IMG/VR virus record: IMGVR_UViG_648276652_000013
Source: a virus
Lineage: Duplodnaviria > Heunggongvirae > Uroviricota > Caudoviricetes
Direction: 5' to 3' (one strand)
Length of the DNA: 25,816 bases
Position numbers and translations under genes: made by a program. Below, one piece after another: positions 17,238-25,816 of this stretch. The stretch's first letter is position 1. Every line of letters begins with the position of its first letter. The notes beneath the pieces are model-generated. The model searched no databases and had not been told where the DNA came from. It worked only from the letters and a program-made list of their open reading frames with translations.

Positions 17238-18458
17238 TTACCCTTTACGGTTTGCCCAGAATTCAGCGTTTTGTTTGTTCAGGGAAGCGATACTGGTCAT
17301 GCCCATGTTTGGGCGCTGTGCATCGCCGGTGGTGGCGCGGGTGTTTCGCCCTTTGGCAATCTCAGACACGGCATTAAACGCCATGTCGACCGATTGTTTC
17401 GGCAATTTGCGGATATCCGCATCACCGACTATCTGGCGAACCAACGTTTTGTCAGCAGAAGACAGAACCTCGCGTTTGAACGCGGTCGGTTTCATCTTAC
17501 GGCTCAGATCGATACCCGGAATGATAACTTCAGCACGCCAGGCTGAGTCACCAGTAATCGTGGTTTCCTCTTCATCGTCCTCGCCGTCACCGGTCGGATT
17601 ATCGTCAGGCTTATTGTCGTTATCGCCCGTGGCATTTCCGTCCAGCTTAGCCAGCAGGGCTTTCAGTAATGTTTTGAGGTCATCATCACTGTCGCCGGTT
17701 GGACCTCCACCCATCTCTGGTGCTTTGTCCGGTAGTGGTTGCTGCGGGGACAGGTTGATGTTGAGATTAACGCCCTGCGGCAAATCCCCCTCATCTCCTG
17801 TAACCGATGCGGGAGCCGACTCCACCAGTTCGTTCATGGTGTCGGCATCTCCTGTCTTGATGGCTGCACGCATGCGGTTCCACCAGCTTTTCTTTTGATT
17901 TGCCATTGTGTCTCTGTCTCCAATTGCACAACGATTTCCGGCTCTGCCTTTAGGGACAAGAGCCACATGGTTTCCAGTAATATCGACCTGCTCGGCTTTA
18001 CCTGGCTCGGTCTGCTCATACTCCGCGTCATAGCCGCACGACACTTCGCGCAGGCCATCTTCGATAAGCTGAATGGCGCTTTCGTCTTTGACGATAAGGT
18101 CAGCCAGCATCAAATCAGACTGCTCACCCGTCCCGCGCCGGACATTCTGGAGGTGCCCGACAGCAAGCTCTTTCCAGTTCTCGGGATTTACCAGCCGCAC
18201 ATTCCCGTTTTCATCTTCAGGATGCAGGATCGTGATGCTCATCCCTTCGAATGAGGCAAGCGTGGCCGGATGGAATACCTGCTCAGGAGAACGTGTGACG
18301 ACTATTTCACCGAACTTATCGGGTTTCAGTTTTGGCAGGTCATCAGCACCATAGAGCTGCTTACCTGTTCGTCCTATCGGCACGTCTTTGCACAGCAACG
18401 AGCCGTCAGCCAGCTGATAGCGGGTTTCCCCCAGCCGGGTATTGAAAAAATATTTCAT
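17238..18458 (-). CDS. Prohead protease / scaffold protein (DUF2213-like)
   Basis: 406 aa with an acidic low-complexity stretch (...DGEDDEEETT...) typical of scaffold regions. Confidence 0.55.
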   Translation of the reverse strand: MKYFFNTRLGETRYQLADGSLLCKDVPIGRTGKQLYGADDLPKLKPDKFGEIVVTRSPEQVFHPATLASFEGMSITILHPEDENGNVRLVNPENWKELAVGHLQNVRRGTGEQSDLMLADLIVKDESAIQLIEDGLREVSCGYDAEYEQTEPGKAEQVDITGNHVALVPKGRAGNRCAIGDRDTMANQKKSWWNRMRAAIKTGDADTMNELVESAPASVTGDEGDLPQGVNLNINLSPQQPLPDKAPEMGGGPTGDSDDDLKTLLKALLAKLDGNATGDNDNKPDDNPTGDGEDDEEETTITGDSAWRAEVIIPGIDLSRKMKPTAFKREVLSSADKTLVRQIVGDADIRKLPKQSVDMAFNAVSEIAKGRNTRATTGDAQRPNMGMTSIASLNKQNAEFWANRKG

Positions 18459-18472
18459 GTGTTACCTGCGAT

Positions 18473-19246
18473 TCAGGCGGGATAAGAATGGGAGGAGGGA
18501 AAAACGATTTCTTTATAACAGCGACAATTCGGGAGCTCGCCAGCGTGACCGGTCATGCCATCAAGCGTTGGAGGTTTGCCCCATTCGACAAATTTACCTT
18601 CCATTTCCCGATGAGAATGCCTGACATCACCATCTTCGGCTGTACGCCAGATATAACCATTCGAACCAATTGACAGCGCACGTGCCTGATCCAGCGCGCC
18701 GGTTGCACGTCCAAGTTCAGTACGAGCAATCAGGTCAGCTCTGGACTTTGCTATATCACCCGATGCGGCTATTTCTTTAGCAAAATGTTCTGCTCTCCCA
18801 CCGGTCACAACAGCTTCTATCGCCCGATTCTGGATGTCGTACACCCTGTCAGCCGCCTCGAGGGGGAGCGATTTGATGTACTTGACCTGTTCGGTGATGA
18901 TGGATTGCATCACCTGGCCCACAGGAGCGCTTTCCACAAGATTGCGGAGCTCGCGACTGATGTTCTTGCTGTGTTGCCGCCAAACTTTCTCGTTCTGCCG
19001 GGTTAGGTCCGCAGTAAAGTTTTCCGCGACCTTTGTCGCCCAGGGGGTGATGATTTCACTGTAGCGTTCCAGCGCCTCAATAATTTCCGTGATACTGTCA
19101 TTTGAACCATCGTAGCGACCATTTACGATGTCTCCGACCCCCCGCGCTATCCTGCGTAGGCTGGTTCGATAGCGGATTTCCGCCTGACGGTTCCTGCGGT
19201 TCGTCATCAGGTTCGCCGATGCCGGGCGGCGCTTCATCTTCGGCAT
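18473..19246 (-). CDS. Head morphogenesis protein (Mu F / SPP1 gp7 family)
   Basis: C-terminal ...HAGELPNCRCY... motif region typical of Mu-F-like proteins; sits downstream of the portal. Confidence 0.7.
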   Translation of the reverse strand: MPKMKRRPASANLMTNRRNRQAEIRYRTSLRRIARGVGDIVNGRYDGSNDSITEIIEALERYSEIITPWATKVAENFTADLTRQNEKVWRQHSKNISRELRNLVESAPVGQVMQSIITEQVKYIKSLPLEAADRVYDIQNRAIEAVVTGGRAEHFAKEIAASGDIAKSRADLIARTELGRATGALDQARALSIGSNGYIWRTAEDGDVRHSHREMEGKFVEWGKPPTLDGMTGHAGELPNCRCYKEIVFPSSHSYPA

Positions 19247-20564
19247 TCTCGATGTCCTCGTCGGTAATGGATGCCCCGATGCCGGTTACGTCAGAATTTT
19301 CGCGCAAATCAGTCATAGCGGCTTTCAGTGTCATCAGACCATCACCCAGCGCTGTACTGATTGCGTTGGTGGTGTTTAACGCCACCGTTGAACGATCGAC
19401 ATCAGACATTTGCCAGAGCGGGTTAAACTCAAACGTGAAATCATCCGGGAGCGGCTTGCCAAGTTCCGAACGATGCATGATGTCCAGTATCCGCCGCACC
19501 GGAAGACGTAAACGTCTCTCCTGCAACGAACTGATGCGGTCGTAATAGTTGGCAAGGTCTGCATCACCGGTAGAAAATCCTTTCGGGGACTGTCCGAACA
19601 ACCGCACCAGTGGGATACCAACAGCGCCACTAATCTGTTCTGCAAACTGTGAAAGGATGTCATCCAGACCACTGAAGCTGTACTGATGAGTTTCAAACTT
19701 ATCCCGCGAGTCCATGAGCGTCATGCCTTCATTGCTCTGGAACTGTCGAATCAGGTCAATATTCTTCAGCAACGCTTCATACGCAGGACCACCAAGTGCG
19801 ATAAGCTCGCGTAGCTTCTCCACGCTGTAGGTGCGCAAATGCGCTTTGTAGACCAGTTGCGCCGCGCCGACAGTAGCGCTGTCGAACGCGGTAAGACGAT
19901 CCCAGATACGCTCTACAACCGACATTCCCCATTCGTTCTCGGTCATCTTCTGCTGAAATGGCAGCGTGACGCCATCAAAGCGAATCAGTCGACTGTGATG
20001 AATGCGCCAGGCAGGAATTCCCGTTGCTGTGGTCACCACATCGTAAAACTCAGGTTTACCCAGGTCCGGCCCCATATCTTTAATGCGGCGGGTCAGTACC
20101 GGGTCAATCATCCAGCGGTCGAGCGGGAGAATCCCCTTAAACTTGCCTTTACCGATGGTTTCGGGTCGCAGAGGGGTCATTGGTGCCTGCCCCTCAATCA
20201 TGATGAAACCCACCGCGCCGCCATAGAGGCGCGACCATTTCAGCACGTCGTTCAGTGCATCCCAGATTTGCAACTCATCCAGTTGTGATTCGAGAATGCC
20301 GCGATCTTTTGCATCAATTTCCGAAGTGATGCGAATGCCTTTGCGGGTCATATCATCCGGGATAGCATCGACCGCTTCGCCGATAATCCAGGACGAACGA
20401 TAGGACCATTCCACCAGCATGCGGTTACGACTGGTAAAATTAGCCCGGTAGGTGGATGCTGAGTGCTGGTTAGGTGTCTGCATCCCTACGCGGGCAATAA
20501 AATTCTCATAACCATCGGCTGTGGCCTGCGCAGTTCGCCGCAGGGCTTGTTTGTTTCGTGCCAT
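19098..20564 (-). CDS. Portal protein
   Basis: 488 aa immediately after the large terminase; acidic C-terminal tail. Confidence 0.7.
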   Translation of the reverse strand: MARNKQALRRTAQATADGYENFIARVGMQTPNQHSASTYRANFTSRNRMLVEWSYRSSWIIGEAVDAIPDDMTRKGIRITSEIDAKDRGILESQLDELQIWDALNDVLKWSRLYGGAVGFIMIEGQAPMTPLRPETIGKGKFKGILPLDRWMIDPVLTRRIKDMGPDLGKPEFYDVVTTATGIPAWRIHHSRLIRFDGVTLPFQQKMTENEWGMSVVERIWDRLTAFDSATVGAAQLVYKAHLRTYSVEKLRELIALGGPAYEALLKNIDLIRQFQSNEGMTLMDSRDKFETHQYSFSGLDDILSQFAEQISGAVGIPLVRLFGQSPKGFSTGDADLANYYDRISSLQERRLRLPVRRILDIMHRSELGKPLPDDFTFEFNPLWQMSDVDRSTVALNTTNAISTALGDGLMTLKAAMTDLRENSDVTGIGASITDEDIENAEDEAPPGIGEPDDEPQEPSGGNPLSNQPTQDSAGGRRHRKWSLRWFK

Positions 20565-22186
20565 CAGGCCTGTCTCCCTAGCAACTCCCAGATGTTCAGG
20601 GCTGAATTCATTGGGGCATAGTTGATCATCACCGAGTCGGCAAGGTTTGGCGACCGGGTTCCATCAGGCTGTTTATCAATAACGATTTTTCCCACACCAT
20701 TAATGGAATAGGTCGGCTGCGAAAGCTCGATGATGAGTTTATCTTTGAGTGCCATGCTACTGCTGATTGAGATGATTTCGTCCGGGTTGTAAGCCATACC
20801 TTCAACCACGGCGCGCCAGGTATTCTGAAAAAGTTTACGTAACCGCCACCAGCTCTGGGCTTTGGCGTTAGCGAAGAAGTCCTTGTTCAGACGTGCGGCT
20901 TGCCCGTTGTCCCCGCGAACAGCTTCATCATCCGGATCAAATACCGCGCCACTACCTCGAAACGGTGTGGCGAGTATTGACGGTCGACGCGCAGCGTTAC
21001 GCAGTTCGTTGATAGCGCGTGCATCGCCGCGAACGCCAGCGCCCAGTCCGTCCTCGTCAAAGCGAAACTCTTCGAGGTTATCCTGTTCGCAAAAGCCGAA
21101 AATCTTCTCGACGGACTGATAAATGTCGCTGCCCACACCGGACCATTCCCGCACATTTTCCAGGAGGAAGCCATGACGGGTGGAAAAGGCATTTTTGTCC
21201 CTGCCTTCGTCGGCGACATCCATCGCGCCAAGTCGTTTGCCTGTTGGCTGGATACCCAGTTTGATATGCGCATCAACGGCAGCCTGTACCCATTCGGATG
21301 GAATCAGGACGCCTTCCGCTGATGCGCTGTAGTTCAGATCAAGTTCCTGTGCCACCACCACCGGATTATCGATTTTCTCGCATTCCCTGCGATACCACTC
21401 TTCATCCTTGCGAGGATCATCCCGCCAGTGGAATGTGAATACCGGTATCTTCCCGCCATGACGCTTCTGAGCGAACGGGTTAGCCATGCCGTTAACTGAA
21501 CTCAGGTCGATACGGCAACGCGTCGTTTGTGACAACGCCGCATCAATCAGCAGAGGACGCTGAAGGAATGCAGCCTCATCAACCAGATAAAGCGTGGTAC
21601 GGTCACCACGACCAATATTATCGCCAGCCTCGCCTTTGATAACGGCACCAGTTTCAGGAAACTCAACACGCATATATGGCGCGTGCTTCTTCTCACTCCA
21701 CGAACCGCGAAACTCTACAGGTAGCGTTTCCACGAACTTGCGCGCCTTCCAGAACAATGCTTTCGGGTCACCAGTGCTGTCGACGTATTCCTCTTTACGG
21801 GAGCCAAAACCGATAACCATTTCTTTGTTGAAGAGACAAAGCGAGCATGCCAGTCCGATCGCGGTCCAACTGAGCCCCATTTCACGGGATTTTTCGGTAA
21901 TACCATTCTCCCGATTGCTCCAGCGTTCCATAATCCAGTGGATCCACTCCTCCTGCTTAGGGAAGAGTAAAAACGGAATGGTCACCGGCAGGCCATAATC
22001 AATATTACGCGGGTCCGTTGTCATGCCCCAGTCGATGATGAACTGAGCCGGATTGGTTCGGTAAAACTGTTTTAGTGCAGGCAATATTTCAGGATTCTGG
22101 CGAATGCGCTGTAGGCGTTCCATCCGCCATTCAAAAACCATCTGGTAATCAGGATCTTTAAAATCGAAGGGGAATGGTAACGGCAT
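20564..22186 (-). CDS. Terminase large subunit
   Basis: 540 aa; ...[10 protein letters not shown]... Walker-B-like segment; coupled to the small subunit. Confidence 0.8.
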   Translation of the reverse strand: MPLPFPFDFKDPDYQMVFEWRMERLQRIRQNPEILPALKQFYRTNPAQFIIDWGMTTDPRNIDYGLPVTIPFLLFPKQEEWIHWIMERWSNRENGITEKSREMGLSWTAIGLACSLCLFNKEMVIGFGSRKEEYVDSTGDPKALFWKARKFVETLPVEFRGSWSEKKHAPYMRVEFPETGAVIKGEAGDNIGRGDRTTLYLVDEAAFLQRPLLIDAALSQTTRCRIDLSSVNGMANPFAQKRHGGKIPVFTFHWRDDPRKDEEWYRRECEKIDNPVVVAQELDLNYSASAEGVLIPSEWVQAAVDAHIKLGIQPTGKRLGAMDVADEGRDKNAFSTRHGFLLENVREWSGVGSDIYQSVEKIFGFCEQDNLEEFRFDEDGLGAGVRGDARAINELRNAARRPSILATPFRGSGAVFDPDDEAVRGDNGQAARLNKDFFANAKAQSWWRLRKLFQNTWRAVVEGMAYNPDEIISISSSMALKDKLIIELSQPTYSINGVGKIVIDKQPDGTRSPNLADSVMINYAPMNSALNIWELLGRQA

Positions 22187-22190
22187 ACTC

Positions 22191-22742
22191 TTAGCCCATC
22201 ATTTTTCTATACGCTTCTGCAACCTGCTCCGGCGTTAAGTTGGTAATTTCTGTTCTGACTGGTCCTCCGTCAGCACCAGTCACTTCATTTTTGACATTGT
22301 CTTTAAACGCCTGAACAGAAACATGACGCCCGAGCAACTCAAGGTTTTTAACCTTATCAGGCCATTTGATTTTCTTCAGAAGTGCGGCGCTATCTGCGGA
22401 TGCCATCTCCACGACATCCATTCCTGATAACGTTGTGCGCCATACCTTAGGCCAGTCTTTAATGGGTTTTAGCTCACCGTTTTGCAGGAGAATGTCAAGC
22501 ACATCCATCTGGTCGATTTCAATAAGGCGATTAAGTACATATTCTGCATTAATACCAACAAGATCATTGCGTTGCGCTTTCAGTTCGGCGATTCTTAACT
22601 TGATGTCAGGTTTTGACAGGTTTTCGGATGCGGTACGGTTAGCTGTCTTTGCGCTGTACCCCGCCCGAATAGCCGCTTGCGTGGCGTTTAAATCGATGAG
22701 GTACTCGCGACAGAACATCTCTTGTTTGTCGGTGAGTGCCAT
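22191..22742 (-). CDS. Terminase small subunit (Terminase_2-like)
   Basis: N-terminus [34 protein letters not shown] is a hallmark of this small-subunit family. Confidence 0.8.
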   Translation of the reverse strand: MALTDKQEMFCREYLIDLNATQAAIRAGYSAKTANRTASENLSKPDIKLRIAELKAQRNDLVGINAEYVLNRLIEIDQMDVLDILLQNGELKPIKDWPKVWRTTLSGMDVVEMASADSAALLKKIKWPDKVKNLELLGRHVSVQAFKDNVKNEVTGADGGPVRTEITNLTPEQVAEAYRKMMG

Positions 22743-22766
22743 GACAAAGTCTCAATTGGATTGAAA

Positions 22767-23039
22767 ATGAGTGATTTATTACTAATTAAAAACTGGTTAA
22801 TTGACCATCATGCACTATCGATTTTCTTTGGGTTTTTATCGGCTGGGTTATGGATCAAATCAGCAACAGCCAAAGTCAAAACAGGTAGAAGCACCGTTGT
22901 AGCAATTACATTTGATGATCCCAAAAAAAATGTAGATCTTCACGAATTTTTCTTAACTGCGCGGTTACAGTCTAAATATAACTCATATGCAGCTTTCGCT
23001 GCTGCTGTAACTGTGATTTTGCAAATGGCTGGCTATTAG
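22767..23039 (+). CDS. Small membrane protein (90 aa), plus strand, opposite to the late operon
   Basis: From the internal ATG at 22767 (MSDLLLIKNW...): an N-terminal hydrophobic segment (ALSIFFGFLSAGLWI) and a C-terminal hydrophobic tail; AT-rich. Weak RBS, so uncertain. Confidence 0.4.
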   Translation: MSDLLLIKNWLIDHHALSIFFGFLSAGLWIKSATAKVKTGRSTVVAITFDDPKKNVDLHEFFLTARLQSKYNSYAAFAAAVTVILQMAGY

Positions 23040-23127
23040 AAAACCTTAACCAGGATATTATTTACCTTTATCAATATCAGTTAACGGCTCAAAGTGTAAT
23101 GGTTCCACATTCTCCTAATGGAGTTAT

Positions 23128-23241
23128 TTACTCGCCCGTCTCGGTAGCCAGCTGCATAAAGCCATTAACCAGCTCAGGCTGACGTCGTGACGTCTTGCCC
23201 GTAAAGGTTTCGCCTGTTTGGGTTTGGTAGATGTCGGACAT
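23128..23241 (-). CDS. Small ORF (37 aa) with strong Shine-Dalgarno
   Basis: AAAGAGG lies 6 nt upstream of the ATG; translation MSDIYQTQTGETFTGKTSRRQPELVNGFMQLATETGE. Not in the track (under 60 aa). Could also be a gene remnant. Confidence 0.3.
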   Translation of the reverse strand: MSDIYQTQTGETFTGKTSRRQPELVNGFMQLATETGE

Positions 23242-23355
23242 TGAGAGCCTCTTTATCTGCTTGTGGGGATATATGGTTAATTATCCTCTGTAGGGGATAC
23301 TGCCATCACAATGGGGAGAATCATCGTAATGGCAATAAAAACCGCCCATAGGCAG

Positions 23356-23763
23356 TTAATCTGAAAGACCAAATTTCTTTTTTGCGTAGGATTTTAGAAG
23401 CTCTACACCAACATCTTTCAATACCGATAATGGTTGATCGCTAATTGTTTTTAGCTTCTCAAAAACATCCTTTTGTTGAAGGGTTTCTGCAAACTCTTGG
23501 CCTGATGACGTGAGTCTTACATTGGCTGGCCATTCACGGATTTCATTAAGCCCAATAGTAAGTCCTAATTTCTTAGGATCGCCTATTTCTAGAAAATGGT
23601 TACTGATATAACCTCTCTCAATCAATTGGTAGTAATGAAAGAGTCCTTTATCGCTGCTTATTTCGTATCCAGCTTTTTTAAGGTCATTAGCTGATATCAA
23701 TGGTCCGCCAGCCTTAATAAAAACCCCTAACATTCCCTTCAAGTATTCCAGATCGGTCTGCAT
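23356..23763 (-). CDS. Hypothetical protein (135 aa) in AT-rich island
   Basis: Clean ORF, about 35% GC in a 60-nt sample, between Rz and the terminase genes; no family confidently recognised. Confidence 0.55.
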   Translation of the reverse strand: MQTDLEYLKGMLGVFIKAGGPLISANDLKKAGYEISSDKGLFHYYQLIERGYISNHFLEIGDPKKLGLTIGLNEIREWPANVRLTSSGQEFAETLQQKDVFEKLKTISDQPLSVLKDVGVELLKSYAKKKFGLSD

Positions 23764-23821
23764 AAATTACCTCCATCCTGAGAAATAGAGATAATATTAC
23801 CCTTAAAATTCTTCATTAACA

Positions 23822-24283
23822 CTAATTTGAACACTGCTCTTTGATGTAGTCCTGCAAGTAGCCGACCTGCTTCGTCACTGTGACGATTCGCTCTCTGAGG
23901 GTGAAATAATCCCGTTCAGCGGAGTCAGTAAGTCCGGGGCTGGAAGCATCGCCCAAGCTGCCGGTGCCGGTCTTTCCGCTCGCTGGACATCGGGCATTGA
24001 AGTGCAGCCCACACTTGCCAGTGCGAACACAACGCTGCAGATCATCAAGCTGCTTTTTCGCATCAGCTAGTTCTCCGGTGTATTTAGCATCGAGTGCATC
24101 AGCATCACGCTGGCGCTGCTGCATGTCAGTAATGGTGGCGTTCGCCTTCTCCAGTTCACTGGCCTTGTTATCGCGCTGCTCTTTGTAGGCGATTGCGTTA
24201 TCACGGTAATGATTAACAGCCCATGACAGGCAGACGATGATGCAGATAACCAGAGCGGAGATAATCGCGGTTAACCGACTCAT
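23822..24283 (-). CDS. Rz: i-spanin Rz
   Basis: From the ATG at 24283, [34 protein letters not shown]... is very close to lambda/phage 21 Rz: N-terminal TM segment plus coiled-coil periplasmic domain. Confidence 0.9.
   Translation of the reverse strand: MSRLTAIISALVICIIVCLSWAVNHYRDNAIAYKEQRDNKASELEKANATITDMQQRQRDADALDAKYTGELADAKKQLDDLQRCVRTGKCGLHFNARCPASGKTGTGSLGDASSPGLTDSAERDYFTLRERIVTVTKQVGYLQDYIKEQCSN
23875..24063 (-). CDS. Rz1: o-spanin Rz1 (lipoprotein embedded in Rz in +1 frame)
   Basis: 62 aa: signal sequence, lipobox-like ...ASVGC, then a proline-rich mature part (...[26 protein letters not shown]), as in lambda Rz1. Confidence 0.85.
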   Translation of the reverse strand: MRKSSLMICSVVFALASVGCTSMPDVQRAERPAPAAWAMLPAPDLLTPLNGIISPSESESSQ

Positions 24284-24371
24284 GACATCAACACTCCAAC
24301 GGCCAGAAACCACGGCCACGCATCGTTGCCATTGAATGCGAGCAACGCTGCCATGAAAAAGCAAATCATGC

Positions 24372-24869
24372 TCATTGTTGCCCCCACAAACAGACTTCAC
24401 GCTCAATCTCACGACGAGTCATCAGACCTTTCCATTGCTTACCGCCAGCGTATGTCCAGCGACGTAGCTGATCACATGCGCCTTTGATATCGCCCTGGTT
24501 TATTTTGCGAAGAAGCGTCGATGTTCTGAAATTGCCAGCACCCACGTTGTAAACGAATGAGTAAAGAGCGCCGCGCGTTGTTTCCGGTATATCGACTTTG
24601 ATGTACGGGTTAATTTGTCTGGCGACCGTGGCAAGGTCTTTATTCAAGAGTGTTTTGCATTCTGCTTTGGTATACGTTTTACCGAGCATGATGTCTTTTC
24701 CTGTATGCCCGTGACATACAGTCCATACACCAACAATATCTTTGTATGGTATGTAGCTGACACCTTCCAGACCATCGTTACCACTTGGGCCAGTGATTAA
24801 CACTGATGCTATAGCAATTGCTCCGCCACCAATAGCAGCAGCAACGACTTTTCGTAATGATGGAGGCAT
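24372..24869 (-). CDS. R: SAR endolysin (phage 21 R21-like lysozyme, T4-lysozyme fold)
   Basis: N-terminal Gly/Ala-rich signal-anchor-release segment ([18 protein letters not shown]), then an E...D...T catalytic triad region ([23 protein letters not shown]); start overlaps the holin stop. Confidence 0.9.
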   Translation of the reverse strand: MPPSLRKVVAAAIGGGAIAIASVLITGPSGNDGLEGVSYIPYKDIVGVWTVCHGHTGKDIMLGKTYTKAECKTLLNKDLATVARQINPYIKVDIPETTRGALYSFVYNVGAGNFRTSTLLRKINQGDIKGACDQLRRWTYAGGKQWKGLMTRREIEREVCLWGQQ

Positions 24870-25084
24870 TATTCACCTCTCGCAGCCTTGCGCTTATCTT
24901 CTTTAATCTTGAAATAAAGGTTTGTCAGGTACGTCAGCAGGCCAAATACCAGACTACCCAGCACACCGATTGCAGCCCACTGTGACGGAGTTACTCTATC
25001 GAGCAACTGTAAAAACCAGTAGCCAGCACTGCCTGCGGAGGTGCCGTAGGCAATGCCTGTTGAAATTTTGTCCATGGATTTCAT
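24869..25084 (-). CDS. S: Pinholin (phage 21 S21-like), dual-start motif
   Basis: From the ATG at 25084, [71 protein letters not shown]: two TM domains and an M-K-S-M dual start. Strong SD GGAGGTGA upstream. The track ORF's upstream extension is rejected. Confidence 0.9.
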   Translation of the reverse strand: MKSMDKISTGIAYGTSAGSAGYWFLQLLDRVTPSQWAAIGVLGSLVFGLLTYLTNLYFKIKEDKRKAARGE

Positions 25085-25170
25085 AGCCTCACCTCCGCAC
25101 GGAACGGATGGCATAGTTATTATGTGTAGGCTTTCAGACACATCAATCAGAGCCTTAATTGATATATATG

Positions 25171-25816
25171 TGGATTTGCCCCTATATTTCCAGACACCTG
25201 TTATCACTTAACCCATTACTGGCTTGCTGCCGTAGATATTCCCGTGGCGAGCGATAACCCAGTGCACTATGCGGATGCCATTCGTTATAATGCTCGAACG
25301 CCTCTGCAAGGTTCTTTGCTGCCGTTAACCCGTCTGGTTTGGGCATGACACTGATGTAGTCACGCTTTATCGTTTTCACGAAGCTCTCTGCTATGCCGTT
25401 ACTCTCCGGACTCCGCACCGCCGTGTTCTTCGGTTCAAGCCCCAACATCCGGGCAAACTGCCGTGTTTCATTAGCCCGGTAGCATGAACCATTATCCGTC
25501 AGCCACTCTACTGGAGACGCCGGAAGCTCGTTGCCGAAGCGGCGTTCCACCGCTCCTGGCATGACGTCCTGTACTGTTTCACTGTTGAAGCCGCCCGTAG
25601 TGACCGCCCAGTGCAGTGCCTCACGGTCACAGCAGTCCAGCGCGAACGTGACCCGCAGTTTTTCTCCGTTATCACAGCGAAACTCGAACCCGTCAGAGCA
25701 CCATCGCTGATTACTTTCTTTCACAGCCACTCTGCCGGTATGTGCCCGTTTCGATGGCGGTACAGCGGGTTTTCGCTCAAGCAACAGCGCATTCTGGCGC
25801 ATGATCCGGTAAATAC
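25171..25816 (-). mobile_element. IS2 (IS3 family), right-end inverted repeat and 3' portion; element continues beyond window end
   Basis: Terminus TGGATTTGCCCCTATATTTCCAGACA at 25171 matches the IS2 terminal inverted repeat as I remember it, and is followed by the InsD coding sequence. Confidence 0.85.
25182..25816 (-). CDS. insD: IS2 transposase OrfB (InsD), C-terminal part (5' end outside window)
   Basis: ...[41 protein letters not shown] ... [34 protein letters not shown] integrase core of the IS3 family, recognised as IS2 InsD. Confidence 0.85.
   Translation of the reverse strand, partial: IYRIMRQNALLLERKPAVPPSKRAHTGRVAVKESNQRWCSDGFEFRCDNGEKLRVTFALDCCDREALHWAVTTGGFNSETVQDVMPGAVERRFGNELPASPVEWLTDNGSCYRANETRQFARMLGLEPKNTAVRSPESNGIAESFVKTIKRDYISVMPKPDGLTAAKNLAEAFEHYNEWHPHSALGYRSPREYLRQQASNGLSDNRCLEI

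Noticed and set aside
24284-24412. N-terminal extension of Rz from the track ORF start at 24412 (and similar extensions of the holin to 25207 and the tape measure to 11461)
   Set aside because: The extensions lack similarity to the known proteins. Internal ATGs with good Shine-Dalgarno sequences give products matching lambda/phage 21 Rz and S21, and a tape measure start just after the frameshift stop; the track starts include non-ATG codons.
1-25816. CRISPR arrays, tRNA or rRNA genes, integrase and attachment site
   Set aside because: No regularly spaced direct repeats, no cloverleaf-like conserved tRNA segments, and no tyrosine or serine recombinase ORF were found; the window ends are occupied by IS elements instead.

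Overview
This 25.8-kb window is dominated by the late (lysis plus morphogenesis) region of a mosaic temperate phage or prophage, encoded almost entirely on the minus strand and bounded by insertion sequences at both edges. Reading from high to low coordinates: the 3' part of IS2 (25171 to window end); a phage-21-type lysis cassette (S21-like pinholin, SAR endolysin, Rz/Rz1); a small AT-rich accessory island (22767-23763); terminase small and large subunits; portal; Mu-F-like head morphogenesis protein; protease/scaffold; decoration protein; major capsid protein; neck proteins; a contractile tail (sheath, tube, chaperone with a -1 frameshift, tape measure); baseplate hub; a small secreted protein; a two-gene AT-rich insert with its own terminator (5845-7004); spike, wedge, baseplate-J and tail-protein-I-like genes; tail fibre and tail fibre assembly; a translationally coupled 57-aa zinc-ribbon ORF; a bidirectional terminator; a 5'-truncated AT-rich acyltransferase on the plus strand; and the end of an IS21-family element (1-254). 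No rRNA, tRNA, CRISPR array or integrase was seen. The best candidates for an undescribed system are the cassette at 5845-7004 (possibly with 7154-7495) inside the tail module and the island at 22767-23763; I cannot place either in a known family from sequence alone. All family assignments come from reading the translated ORFs against remembered protein families; no database search was run, and GC statements are hand counts on 60-nt samples.
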